From: a virus
Virus record (IMG/VR): IMGVR_UViG_3300045988_076504
Location: 32,001 to 96,000 of that record
Length of the DNA: 64,000 nt
Direction: 5' to 3' (one strand)
The stretch's first letter is position 1; each line of letters begins with the position of its first letter. The notes beneath the pieces were generated by a model. The model worked only from the letters and a program-made list of their open reading frames with translations. It was not told where the DNA came from and did no database searches. Made by a program: the position numbers and the translations under genes. This document shows positions 11,516 to 25,400 of this stretch, piece after piece.

Positions 11516-12199
11516 ATGAAATTATTTACATTACGTAGTATAGTAGATGATGTTCTACTAATGATTAGAAATAATAATGTAAGTGAAAGTGAAGACTTCT
11601 CAAGAGCTTAGATAGCTCTATGGGTGTTAGCATATAAAGCTGCAATTCTTAAACGAAAACAAGAGAAAGATAAAGAAGCTGGAAAGAGCGATGAGGATGA
11701 AGATGACGATATAACGAAAACAATAGGTCCTGTCGAACTTGTAGACGAAGAGTCTTTAGACGGTACCTGTTTATATAGAAAAAGAACAAAGGATAAACTT
11801 CCAGAATTGTCAGGATCTAGCGATTGCAGTATTATAAGTGTACAGGACCAAGAAGGATGTCCGATACAAAAAATGAATGAGAAACGCAGACATTTTCACT
11901 TCTTTAGAAAATATACATTTGGAGAATTAGCATGGTGGTATGAAGACGAATACGTCTATTTAGAAGGTCTTACGGATCTAAATAGGTTACGTTATATATG
12001 GATCAGCGGAGTGTTTACAGGAGCTGATTCTAATGTAGACGAAGATGATGTAAAAATACCAGGGTGGATGATACCAGATATAAAACAAATGATTATTAAG
12101 AACGAGCTCGGGTTTATATTACAAATGCCTAGTGACGATGATAACAACAGTACTATAGCGAGTGTAAAGCCAAGAGGTCCTCAGCAAGATGAAAAATAA
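11516..12199 (+). CDS. Uncharacterised virion/structural protein
   Basis: ATG at 11516 is in frame with ORF 11624-12199 through TAG at 11609. Ends in TAA. Has an acidic central region. Confidence 0.6.
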
Positions 12200-12641
12200 A
12201 AAATCATACACTACAAAAGATATGTATAAAGCATATCATAAAATCAACAAAGAAGTACCATACGTTCGTTTTAAGCGCATTTTAGATAAATGTAATAAGA
12301 TTATCCTAGATGCGCTTTTAATGCGTTCAGAACTAATTAAAATGCCTTCTGGGTTAGGTTATATTTGTATATGTAAATATAAACCCAAGACATATACAGC
12401 TAAAAGTTTATCTGTAGATTATAAAGCATCTAAAGAATGTAACAAACGTATATATCACTTAAATGAACATTCCGATGGTTATAAATATCGTCTATTTTGG
12501 TCTAAGCAACCTAGAATTTTTCCAGATATATATAAATACAATTTAAGTCTTGTACGAACAAATAAACGAGCGTTGGCACAATTAATATTTAACAATCACG
12601 ACTATATAAATATAGATGATATACAAATATACAAAATGTGA
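12189..12641 (+). CDS. Small basic hypothetical protein (possibly HU/IHF-like as in crAss structural blocks)
   Basis: Intact 150-aa ORF overlapping the previous stop. Ends in TGA. The functional guess comes only from position and basic composition. Confidence 0.55.
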   Translation: MKNKKSYTTKDMYKAYHKINKEVPYVRFKRILDKCNKIILDALLMRSELIKMPSGLGYICICKYKPKTYTAKSLSVDYKASKECNKRIYHLNEHSDGYKYRLFWSKQPRIFPDIYKYNLSLVRTNKRALAQLIFNNHDYINIDDIQIYKM

Positions 12642-12660
12642 ATCTGTTATTGCAAAAATA

Positions 12661-13476
12661 ATGGCAGATTCTGACATGTCGGAAAAAAATATGAGAGTGA
12701 CCGACATTAGAGAATGGATATTTGAAGCTATCGAACACATAGGAGCTCCGATGTAGTATATACAAAAAGAGTCTGGTCAAGATGATTGCCCTGTATTTGA
12801 AATACATGAAAATCAAATACCAATACCAGACGATTTACATACATTAAATGGAGTTGCATATTCAAATAATCCAGACGGTCCTTGGATACCAGTCAGATCT
12901 GAAACAGCTACATTCAAAGGACCTAAAAGACACTCGCACCCGCATCACGAACCAGAGCAACCAATGAGGTACAAATTACCTACAACGCAAGCTCAATTTT
13001 ATGGTAACAATCTTACCAAATATGTCACAGACAGAATCCCAAATGAGGAGAATGATGTTACGATGTTTACAAAACCTGGATGGATTGTATTTAATAAACC
13101 GAAGGGATATGTAAAATTGTCATATAAAGCAATCGCAACTGATGAGCGAGGTTATCCATTAATACCAGATTTAGCATCGTATCAAGAAGCTGTATATTGG
13201 TATGTAATGTGGAAATTATCATTTAACAAATATTTAAAAGGAGAGCTTGGTGGAAGTGTACGTAATTCCCAACAGGTTTACTTTTATTTACAACAACAAT
13301 GGAATTTCTTTAGAAATTGTGCATATGCTGAAGCAATGATACCAACAGAAACAGACATGCGTTCTATCAAAAACGAATGGAATAAATTAATACCAGATTG
13401 GGACAGCGATGATAATTTCTTCAGCAGTGTCGGAAAGAGACAATTAAATTATAACGATTATTATTATGGATACTAA
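12661..13476 (+). CDS. Putative tail adaptor / tubular-protein-A-like protein
   Basis: ATG at 12661 is in frame with ORF 12964-13476 through TAG at 12754. Ends in TAA. The functional call is a weak resemblance plus synteny with the next gene. Confidence 0.5.
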
Positions 13477-16400
13477 TCAAAACAACACCTCAATTAATGT
13501 ATTCAACAAGGGTATGAATACAGATGCTTCATATTCTAATATACAAGAAGGTCAGTATTTATACGCTGAGAATCTTAGAAATTATATGCTAAATGGAGAC
13601 GCTGACGGCTTTAATACAAACCAATATGGATCTATACAGCCAATAGAGGGGTGTGACTGGGACAAACTTAATATTAAGCTTATTGATTTTGACGGAAACC
13701 CATTTCATATAGATTCTATTTTAGCTGCGGATACAATACGTAATATTGGTATTATAATAGTTAAAGGTTATGTAGAAGATGAAAATTCAGAACAGTAGTT
13801 AGAGCAATGGGCTGTTGCGCGTGCAACATTATCTGATGAAAAAATACTGGAAGACATTAAAATAATATACTTGTCTGGAACTGGTGTTAAAAATTAGTTA
13901 GACGGGGAAAAGGTGAGTATTGTATTAAAATACGAAACCGAAGAAAATATAAAACTGTATATCGCAGACGGTAAGCATTTCATGCTCGTATTGAATGTTG
14001 CTGAAGGCAATGATGGTCACAATGAAAAAATATCTGGGGATTTATCAAAAATAGAAAATATACAATGTGTATTTTTAAATCCTATAAAGTTTTTAGGTCT
14101 TACTACAGGAAATCTTACAGCAGGCGTTGTCCAATATGCTTATAGACTATATGATCAAAACGGATCTGCAAGTCCAATGTCTTGTATTACAAACACAATA
14201 CAGCTGGTACAAAATGAAGAAAACAGCGCTTCTAAAATAACAAAAGGTGGAAGTAAGGGTAAGTATATAGGATGTGGTGTAAAATTACAAATAAAATTAG
14301 AAAAGGAAGAAAACGCAGCATATAATCATATAGAAATATATAGAATATATTATGAAGAAGGAGGACAACTTCCGAAAGTTGGCGTAATATATAATAAAAA
14401 AATACCACAACTCGATACTTTAGACTATACTGATTTTGGTCAGGGATATTTGTCAGAAATAACAGTAGACGAATTTAACAACATATCTGGAATACATATC
14501 ATTCCGAAAGTATTGGAATCTAAAAACGGACGATTATTTGCAGCAAACATTAAAGATTCAGCATCATCACTAAACGATATTGCAAATCACTTTGACGCTA
14601 GAGCATTTAGGTTCAATAGGTAGAATAAAACAGTATATTCACAGTACTCCGATCAAAACACTACGTATTCAAAAACAAGAGAAGATATAGATAAAGAGTC
14701 TTATTATGATAGTAAAAATGATACGTCTGATTATTTTAACGAATACAACGATGTAACAAAAACTTTTAATATCGAAGATGATGTATGTAGACTTGGAGAA
14801 CTTACGGAAGATGGAACTGGTGCATATTACGGAGGATACGGTAAAAATATAAAGTGGAGGTTTGTAATAACAGAATTAGTTGGAGATTATTCTAATGTAG
14901 GAAACCCACATGGAACGCGTTAGACAGATCCAGAATTTTTATATGAAAACGTCGGAGCTGTCGGAAATACGTTGATAACAAATTATGAGGAAAGTAGTGA
15001 TGGAGTAAAACCGTTATCATATGACAACAAACTGAAATACGGGTATGTTATATAGAACCTCGAAACTGGTGATAATTCTATGGAATTGTAGGACGAGATT
15101 GATTATACAGATTTGTTTGAATCTTCAAATAAAACATGCACATATTCCAACTCATGTATATCTTATGGATTTAGATCTTTAAAAAGAGACGAACTGTATA
15201 GGTTTGGTATAGTATTGTATAACAAAAGAAACGAAGCTACGCCTGTTATGTGGATCGGTGATGTTAGAACACCTCCGTGTAATGAAAAATGTTTTGACAC
15301 ATATGAATCGAATGTACATAATACAAGTCTTGTTGTGAGACCTTTGGGTATTGAATTTAAAGTAGATCTAACAGATATAAATAAGTACATAGCTAAGAAC
15401 GATGAATACAACGAATCGGATCAAATAGTAGCGTATGAAATAGTACGTTGTTACAGATCGTCCAAAGATGTTTAGAATATAGCGCAAGGTGTATTATCAA
15501 GACCTGTAAGGAAAACAAAAAATGAGTACGCGGCAAATGTTAAGATAGATCCTGTGTATACACCAACAGGTATACTTACAACACAATCGTATTGGAATGG
15601 GGAATCCTGGGTATCACATAATGGATGTCTTAAAAACGTGTGGGACGCTGGTAAGCTAAATGATGCAAATGGATATGAAGCAGATAATTTCGACAACCGT
15701 ACATTGTTTTAGTTTATATGTCCAGAGGCTTGTTACAACGGAGATTACATGAAAAGCGTAATAGACAATACTAATTTGTCAATATAGCCGTTTTTTTATA
15801 TATTCGGTCAAGGTAAAGGTAAAACACATGCGTTAGATACTTGTAACGAGCTCATAACTGTTAGTGCCGACAAATAGGAGCGTCCGAAAATAAAAGATCA
15901 TATATTATTACAATCTTATTATTATACAAGTACAGCGTGGTCAAACAATCAACAACCACTACCTCCGTATGCTACATCTTTTGACATTGTAGATAAAGAG
16001 TCTATCAATATAAATGGAGCTGTTATTAAGCTAGATAGAAATCCGTATGTAGATTACGGGGTTGATTTAAAGACAGACCAATGGGATTATTTACCTGTAG
16101 ATCAGTTTGTATTACGCTCATATGAATCTGGATTTATAGACGATCCTATAAAACTTGTATTGTTTGCTCCGAGTGGAGAATCTAAACAAACATAGGAAAA
16201 GTACCCGAAATTAAAAGATAATCAACTGTTCTTCATATATGATTCTTACGGAAGAACAGCTATTAATTATTTTGAAAACAAAGCGTGTACAAGGAACGGT
16301 CAAGATCTTATCGTTGGTGGCGGATTATACAATAATCCTGATATTAAGAATTATGGTTTTAGAAGGTCTGTAGACAGTTATGAATATCTTACTTATAAAA

Positions 16401-18670
16401 CGCCAGAAAGACATTACAAAGGCGCTGCAAATGTCGGATCTCTTGGTATAATAGCAACACCTTCATATAAAAATTATATAAACTGTGTACAATATTGTTA
16501 CGGGTATTCTAAACTATACGAAAAGACACCATTCCTATATACAAGAGCGTACAGTAATTCAAATGAAACTACCAAATTATTTGGTGACGCAAATATTGTA
16601 AATTCATATAATATAAAAGGAACTGAGAAGTATAATGTTAAGGATGCAATTATAACAAACGCTCTCGGATGGGATGATATTTTTTCAGCAGACACTCAGA
16701 ACGGAGCAACTTCATGGTCGTATAAATATAATGATTACGTACAACCAATAGGTATATCGACATATTGTAATATTATAATGGGAGGAAAATATGGCGAATC
16801 TAAATATTTGACCAAAGACAAAGAGCAAGGGTTATTCAATAGCGAAGGAAAAACAAAAATATCATATGGAGACATGCCATCTGGATTAGTAGGTACTGCA
16901 GGAAATAGCATATTGATAAATCTGGAAAGCGACAATAATATATTATATAAGAATGTAGCTACTGATAGAATATTAAAGCATTCTAATCAAATGACATCGT
17001 TAAGCGATTATGAATTATGGTACAGCTACATATATGAACATCCAGCTACAGAGCAAAAAACTTTATATTCTACAACGTTTCCAAATGAGGTTACAGTAGA
17101 CGAGGCTATAAGCGAAGCTTCTAGAGACAAATCTTGTATATACGACAAGGTAGTACGTAAAGAAGAAGGAGAATAGGATTTGACTAGCTTTATTTATAGA
17201 TCTAGTATTGCTGGAACATATCTTTGTAACTTGAAGCAGAACACCGTTCCGTATAATGGTTATCAATACACTTCCAGATTAACAAATACGTATGTAAGTT
17301 GTGGAAATTATTATAAGTATAATCCGAATAAAAAGAAGATCGTATTTAACGGAGATTGTTATATTCAACCTTTTGAGTATGTGAGTGCTCATAAATATTA
17401 CTATAAAGATGTTGCCAGTCCTGTAACAACGTGTCTTATATACACATTCCCCGTGGAAACAAGTATAAACATGATAACATCGTACGGTAATGAATTTTCA
17501 AAGAATCTCGACAGTGAAGGATTGTGTACAAATTTACAACAACAACCATCAAATGTGAACGACATTTATGCGTAGGATGATCCTGAATATGTATACAATA
17601 CTGCGTATTCTCAACAATCAAATGCTCAAACACACGAGGTTATAGATATTAGCGATGATAGCAATACCTTATCTTGTGTAGATTATAGATGTTACTATTC
17701 AGAATTAAAATCGAATAACGAAAATATTGATAGTTGGCAAGTATTTAAACCTGCTAATTTTTTAGATGTTGACGATAGATACGGAGAAATAACCCATCTT
17801 AGAACATTTAACAATATATTAATGTTTTGGCAAGAGCACGCAACTGGACAGTTTAGTGTAAACGAGCGCAGTCAAATAAGCGATGATTCTGGAAAACCTA
17901 TAGTTCTTGGTGTTGGAGATGTATTGAGTAGATACGATTATATTGATTATACAACAGGTATGCATAAAGAACAATATTGCGATACGTGTTCTAATACATC
18001 TTTATATTGGTTTGATTCGCACAACAGTGAAATAAAAACATTATCTGGTAACGGGGTTGTACAACTAAATAAAACACACAACACGTAGAACATTATGCAC
18101 GAATATTCTGGAATATCTGCACCAGTTATGTTCTATGATAAAAAATATAACGAGGTTGTTTCTAAAGTATTACACGGAGATCCTGATAAATCTATCGCAT
18201 ATAATGAAATGATACAAGCATTTACATCTGTATACGATTTGGATTTCGAAAATCATCTCACGTTCGATAATAATATTTATTTGTTAAATCCATCGAAAGA
18301 AGGAAAATTAAACATCGGACATTGGAATAATGGAACTCAAAACGTTAATACAAAATTAAAATATGTTGTGAATGCTAATCCTGGAATAACCAAAGTATTT
18401 GATAATTAGGAAATCGTTACAGAACAATATAAAAACACCAATATTGAAGATTTTAAGTTTACGTGGTATACAGAAATATCCGGAGATACTACTTATGAAC
18501 AACCAAAGATAACAAACAGAGAAGGAAATTATAGATATTCGTTGCCGAGAGTTGGTTAGAATGCGGTCTATGGAAACAGATTGCGTGGAAAATACATGAT
18601 TGGCGAAATAGATAATATAATAACACCTATATCTTATATAATTACTAAATTTAGAAAATCATGTAGTTAA
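13466..18670 (+). CDS. Large tail protein (tubular-B/nozzle-like), about 1734 codons
   Basis: Seven track ORFs (13466, 13913, 15113, 16778, 17180, 17822, 18095) are all in frame 2. The gaps I read contain only TAG stops. TAA at 18668. N-terminus NVFNKGMNTDASYSNIQEGQYLYAENLRN resembles podovirus tubular protein B. Confidence 0.7.
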
Positions 18671-20721
18671 CAAATTATAAATATATAAAGAATCAAAAAC
18701 CGAGATATGGCGATGGCAAGTGGGATTGGAATGATTGGTATAATGATACGAAAGGTATTATATCTTTTAATCAACCGAGCGGAAATAAACATCTAACATG
18801 GGGTAACGTACCTGGTCTTGAGAGTGTTATTCGAAGCGATATACAAACAGCTAGTCCAAATCAATTAAATAATATGGTTAACAAACCAGAACATTCGGAA
18901 ATAAAACCAGGTTCTGAAAACGGAGGTTCATCTAAAGGCGTATCATCAACAGGATTATCTTGGGATCCTACATCAGCATTAATGTCTACAGCTAATTTTG
19001 TTGGTGATGTGTTTAGCGCATATAATAGACCTGTTGCAAACGCATCCGAACTTGCTTCTCAAGCTGGTACATCTTATGGAAATGTAGGAGGAGTACAATA
19101 TCAAAGACAGAATGCTGTTGACGTTGATCAGGCTGTATAGAATGCTAAAGAATAGGGGAACCAAGGAACAATGTCAACAGCTATGAGTGGTTTAAGTGCA
19201 GGAGCTGCTATAGGTTCTATAGGCGGACCACTCGGCGCAGGAATAGGTGCTGTTGTTGGAGGACTTGGTGGACTTTTATTTGGAAATAGCGCAAAACGTA
19301 GAGCTATGAAACGAGCACAACGTCAAGGTGAATTAGCACAAAGAATGGCTGTAAATACTAATATATTTAACAGAGCACAAGCTCAGTCAGATTTGATGAA
19401 ACAGCAATATATGTAGAAATACGGAAATACTCAAGGTGGTATACTGTATGCTAATAAAGGAAAAGATATACCGATGTATAATAGTGGTAAAGATAAAGTA
19501 TGGTCTCCTGACGGATATGTTTCTGGATTACACAATTCTTATGTAGGTAAAGGCGAAGTGATAGCCAACTTTAGCAGCGGCAAAGCTTCTGTAATCACAA
19601 AAGGTAAGGTTGGAGTTGATAATCAGAAATCATCGGTTAGTGAAAATGACGATAATGTAATACTCGGCAATGATGTTGATTTTACAACAGGAAGGACATT
19701 CGCAGAACAAGGTAGACCATATGCAGACAAATTACATTTCATAAACCAATCTGAAAAGAAGGTTGGAAAATACGGGAAATTGAGTTCTTTGAGTAAGAAT
19801 ACTCAAGATCTTTATAACAAACAAATAGGTTCTACTAAACAACAATTACTTGATGGTTTGAAAGATATTTCAGATAGACAAGCAGAACAACATAATTATG
19901 AGAACAACATGAAACAATATGCACATTTTGCGAATGGCAAATCTTCTGTATTCTATAATAAATGGTTACCATATATGCAAATGGCAGTACCTAGTCTAAC
20001 AGGTATTGCTGATGGAATCGGTAGATACATAAACGCTAACAAATAGAATATTGAAAATAGTGATACGTATTATAGAAATCCGTATGCACAACGTGCTCTA
20101 CAAGGTCTTGCAGGACTAAGATATGATGTAGATCCGGAGTTAAGACAATATGTGAATCAACAAGCTTATAATAAGTATGCAATAGATCAGCAAGGTGGTT
20201 TGACAGCTGGGCAGAAATATATAGCGAAGAATAGCTTGTATAATGATTATATAAATAATGTAGCTAAATTGTATGCAAACGCTAACAATATAAATAATCA
20301 ATACAAGGCACAGTATTATGATCAGCTTATGAAAGCTGGAGAAGCTGAAAGATCTGCTTTGACTGCAGCTAGACGTTACGATGCTGATATTTATGCTAAA
20401 GCTAGAGCTGCACAACTTAATATGGCAAATCAAGCACGTAAGGATGCACTTGAAAATCTTTATAGAATGGATAAGAGATTTGCAGATTATAAGATGTGGA
20501 AAGACACAAATAGGATTTACGAGCAGGATGTGGCTAATAAGAAACAAGATGTGCAAAATAGTTTTGATATAGCTAAAGAAACTGCTGCAAGTAATGAAAG
20601 AATCGCAAGAATGATGAATAATTCCAATCGTGTCGTTACAAATCCTATGTTTTATAGATTTACGCCAAGTAGTCTTTTTGATCAGTTAAACTTTAATTAT
20701 TCAAATTTCACGAAACGATGA
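18661..20721 (+). CDS. Internal virion/ejection-type protein with Gly-rich hydrophobic segment
   Basis: ORFs 18874, 19171, 19474 and 20152 are all in frame 1, joined by TAGs at 19138, about 19150, 19414 and 20044. TGA at 20719. Segment GLSAGAAIGSIGGPLGAGIGAVVGGLGGLLFG. The start is uncertain: ATG 18661 is followed immediately by a TAG, and the next ATG is 18874. Confidence 0.55.
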
Positions 20722-22442
20722 TATATAGATATGACCAACCTGTAGATATGCCAATTCCAGAACTGTATGATACCGGTTTAATGTAGGCATACACACAGGC
20801 GATAAGAGAGCAATTTGAAAAAGGAGAAAAGCGTTTAGATGAGTTTGCATCAAAGTATGGAAACTTCACATCTCCTTTTGCTAAAGATATACAAGATTGG
20901 GACAGATTGACAATGGGTCGAATAAATAATATTTATAATGACCTTGTATCCAGAGGCATAGATCCATTGCGTAGCAGAGAAGGTTAGATGCTAATGGCAT
21001 AGGCTATTAGACAAACACCTGTTGGTAAATTAAATCAATTAAGGCAGTCTGCTGCAATAGGTGAACAATATCTCAAAGCCAAAGGAGATTTACAAGCGAA
21101 GGGTTTGTATAGCCAGGAGATGGAAGATTACTTTTTAAAACATCCTTTTAGTCAATGGAGTACTTCTGAAAACGGATTGTTTAATAGAACATCTCCTTTG
21201 CAATATAAGGATATACATGATATCACTGATGATTGGTTTAAGCATTCTGAGAAAAAATTTGATGAGAAATTAACAAAGCAGAAAGCGGACGGTTATGATT
21301 ATTATACCGTTTCTGAAGATGATATACATGGTATTATAAACAGTAATATTAATGACTTTCTGGATAGCGATTACGGTCGTTATTATTATTAGAAAGAAAA
21401 GAATTTGGTTTAGCGTCTAAATCCTACAGCCACACAAGATTAGATAGAAAATATGGCGATGTAGAAGTTCAGAGAAGATATTGTCAATAGAAACAGTGAT
21501 TATCTAAGAAACGAACGTAAAGTCAACGAATATGCTAAATTGGATTATGAGGATAAACTCGAACGTAGTAGAAAAGAGTGGGAGTGGGCAAACAAACCGT
21601 CTGGAAAATCTGGCGGTCCTCAGGAAACATAGAACTATCATCAGAACATGTTGTTAAACGGTTTGTATAATTTATCAGGCAATACAGATTTTCTTGATCC
21701 TGGTGTTTCAAGCAAAACCAAAACAACTATTGCATCTAAAGCTATTTCTTATTTGAAAGACGCTGTAAAAGGGTTTGATACAAATCCAAAGGAGAGACTA
21801 AAACAGATAATAAAATACACAACAATATAGGGGTCTGAAGAAAAACCTTCTTTTATAGGCGAGAAATTTAACCATAAAGCAGGAAAGTCGTATGGTAATT
21901 GGATGATCGGAAACAAAAAGGTCGAAGGCTTGACATTATCTCAAAACGAATTGAACACTTTAATCAGTGATATAAATTGGGGTGCGATGACAGTAAACAG
22001 TAATATTAAACAGTCACATGCGTTACATAACAACATAGCAAACCTTTCCAAAAAAACTATTTCATACGAAGTTACTGATAAAAATAATAAATCAAAGAAA
22101 GTAACAAAAACAAAACCTAAATACAGATTTATTCTTATTCCGGATACATACAACAATGTCGCAACAACAATAGATAAAAACGGAGCTGCTGTACAAGCTA
22201 ATCGTGGAACGCTGTATGCTGTAAATACAGATGATAACTCAAAACAAATAAATCTCGGTAAAACATTCATACCGTTTAATAAAACAGATCCTGTGACTAC
22301 AGATGGAAAAGCTAAAACTAACGAAATTACAACAGCATCCGGATATAGAACAAGAACAGATCAACAAGAAAATAGTGTACGTAAAGTATTAGGTATGAAA
22401 AATACCGATAAGGGTGCTAATACGGGAGATTATGATTATTGA
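20718..22442 (+). CDS. Hypothetical virion protein
   Basis: ATG at 20718 overlaps TGA at 20719 (ATGA). ORFs 21105, 21648 and 21903 are all in frame 0, joined only by TAGs. TGA at 22440. Confidence 0.6.
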
Positions 22443-22444
22443 TT

Positions 22445-25400
22445 ATGGGAGATATTAGAAAATTAAGAGCCATCTCCGCAAATGTGAGACGGCAAGAAGA
22501 ATATCAGCAGCGATTGAGGAATGAAGAGCGTGAGAAAAAACGCAAAGAAGAACTTCTTCGTCAACGTGAAAAGGAATATTAGGAAGCTTTAAAAAAGAGA
22601 AAACAGGCTGAAGAAGCCGACGCACTTATACGAAAACATAAGGAGGAAAATAATTATAAGCCTGTTGATTCTCTAATAACAAAATCCGAAGAGCCTCAAA
22701 AACAAGATTCTGCCGATATAATAAGACCTGTAACTAAACCTCAACCGAGTATATATAAAAGTCCTTTTAGAGAAGATACAATATTTGGAGCAGATGGTAA
22801 ATTAAACAAGTACGATTGGACAAAGTCTGAAAAGGCTATGAAATATACTCCAATGGTACAAAAAATGGTAGATAAATATAAGCAGGATGAGAGTGACAAG
22901 CGTTTGAGATATGCCACAACTCCTGCTCGTATTGCTAACATGATGGCAGATCAAGCTGATTTGGAAGAAGCTCTTGCAGCGATGGGTGCTCAAAATGATG
23001 CGAATACCATGGCAATGAAAGAGGAGCTTAAAAAGATCAAAAACGACATTCAAAAGGAAGTAGATTGGTATACTGCAACAACACCTCGTAGTAATTAGAG
23101 TGATATTAGAACAGATAGTTCGCGACTTATTTCTTATTTTGATGCTGGTGGTATAGGAGAAGCTTCTGTAGATATAAATCATGCGTTAAAACAGCAACAA
23201 CAAGCTAAAAAGCTCGGTCTTATTAATGACGGTCAGTCTTTGCTGGCTGACGCGTATCACACGTTCATGATTTCTAAAAACGAAGTTCAACGACAAACAT
23301 CACAAGGTAAAATTAATACTCTATAGCAACAGTTAAATATGGCGAACCCTCAGGGTCTGGACGAGTATCAAGACATATGTGAACAATATATACAATTAAA
23401 TCAATGGTTGAACAGTGTTAAAAGAAGATATACTAGCGGACAAGGAATTACACCAGAAGAGAAAAGACAATGGGATCCTGTACAGAAAAAGATCAACGAG
23501 TTAAATAGCAAGAAAGAACAATATGAAAATATGTTTAATAATCTTGCTACTTTTGAAAATCAAACAACTGTTGGAGATTGGGTGTCAAATTCACAAAAAT
23601 ACTTAAACAAACTCAATTTGGATTTTGGTACTGGTGTTGGAGGATCTTTGAAAGGATATGGTGAAAATATAACCGGTTTTTAGAAAGCATTGGCCAATAG
23701 AGATCAAAAAGCTGTAAATTTTTATAAAAACAAGTTAAAAGGTATATTTAAGAATTTCTCTGCAAAAGGTGAAGAAATGAAAAAACTTTGGTAGAGAGAT
23801 TATGATATAGATACTGCAGATTTAAATCGTTGGACATCGGACTACAAAGTATCTGAATATTTCAAACAAAAAGAACAAGAAGCTAATGATTTAGCATGGT
23901 ATAATCCTAAAAAACTATGGATGGCTCCGTCTTTGTTAGGATCGTCTATGTCTTCTCCGGAAAAAACATTAATGTCCGTGGGAGCCGGATTGATAGCTCT
24001 CATGGGTTCGATATTAGCTCCTGAGACAGGAGGTGCTTCTATAGCACTTACAGCAGGAGCCGTATCATTCTTAAGCAGTATGGCAGCAGGAGCTGATGAG
24101 AACTTTGCAAATGTCGCAGATGCTACAAACGAAATAGCCAAGAAAGATTTAGCTAAAAAAGGTCAGATGGATAAATTTTTAGCTGATGCCAGACAAGTTC
24201 TTGGTTATAATACAACAGAAGAGGACGCGTTACAAGCATTTTATCTCGGCAAATATGTTCCGAATGACTTTAAGATACGTCAGACTTTGTTAGATGCTAC
24301 GGCAGGTTCTGCAAAGCAGTATTATCAAGGTATGGGTGTAAATACATGGGATTCTCTTGTAGATGCTATTGTTACATGTATGCCTACTGGTGGTATTGCA
24401 AAAGGATCTAAAGTTGGGTTCTTAACAGATAAAATCGCAAGTAAAGCGGATAGAAAGTTGTTGAAAGCTCAGCTTTCTAAATATATGAAAGCAAACAATG
24501 TATCTCTCAAAGAAGCTATCAAGGCTTTCAATGAAAGCGGTGCTAGTAGAACAACAATATAGAACGCCATAAATGATTTACGACAAGCTGTCAATGCTCC
24601 TGCTAATTATCTAAGAACGCTATCTAAAGACGTTGTAGAGAAAATGGGACTCCCTGTATTGCAACAAAAAGCAAATGCGTTGTTAGACAAAGGTCTCGCT
24701 AAAATGGCAGAAAGATCTTTAAGACATACAGCTAATGTTACAGACATGCTTGCAGCTGTTCCAGAAAGAGTTTTGAAGTATAGAAAAAACTTAAGACTTG
24801 CTGGTAAACTAGCAAAAGATCTAGGATGGCGTACAGCAGCGTCTATGTATTCTGAAGGTGCAGAAGAAGGTATTCAGCAATTGCAACAATATCAACGTAT
24901 GGAAGAAAGGTCGAATGCGTATTTCAATGTATTAGAACAACTTCCTCTTACGATAATTGATGGAGCTAAATTATGGAGTACGTTCTTATTTAAGAATCCA
25001 GAGAACCTTACAGCGCAAGAAAGAGATATAGTACAACAGATGCATGGTGGTATATTGGGAGCTTTGTTACAAGGTGGACCGATGATTGCAGCACAAGGAG
25101 TTGGTGGTACGTATAAGCAATACAAGCTTGATCAGATTATAATGAATAACCTTTTAGCAGACAATATAGCAACAAATGACTATCTTGATAAAGCTAGGAT
25201 TTTGTCGCAAGAGCTTGGAAAAGGGAATTATAAGAACATTATAGAAACTCTGAATCAATACGATGAGTTAACTACAAATATGCGAAATCGTCATAAAGAC
25301 GATCCTAATTGGGCGCTTCCTCAAAATCATATAAGCAATCTCCATAAACTTTTAAATGTTGTTGCAAATTTGCAACAAAACGAAGAGGTTAAAAAAATAA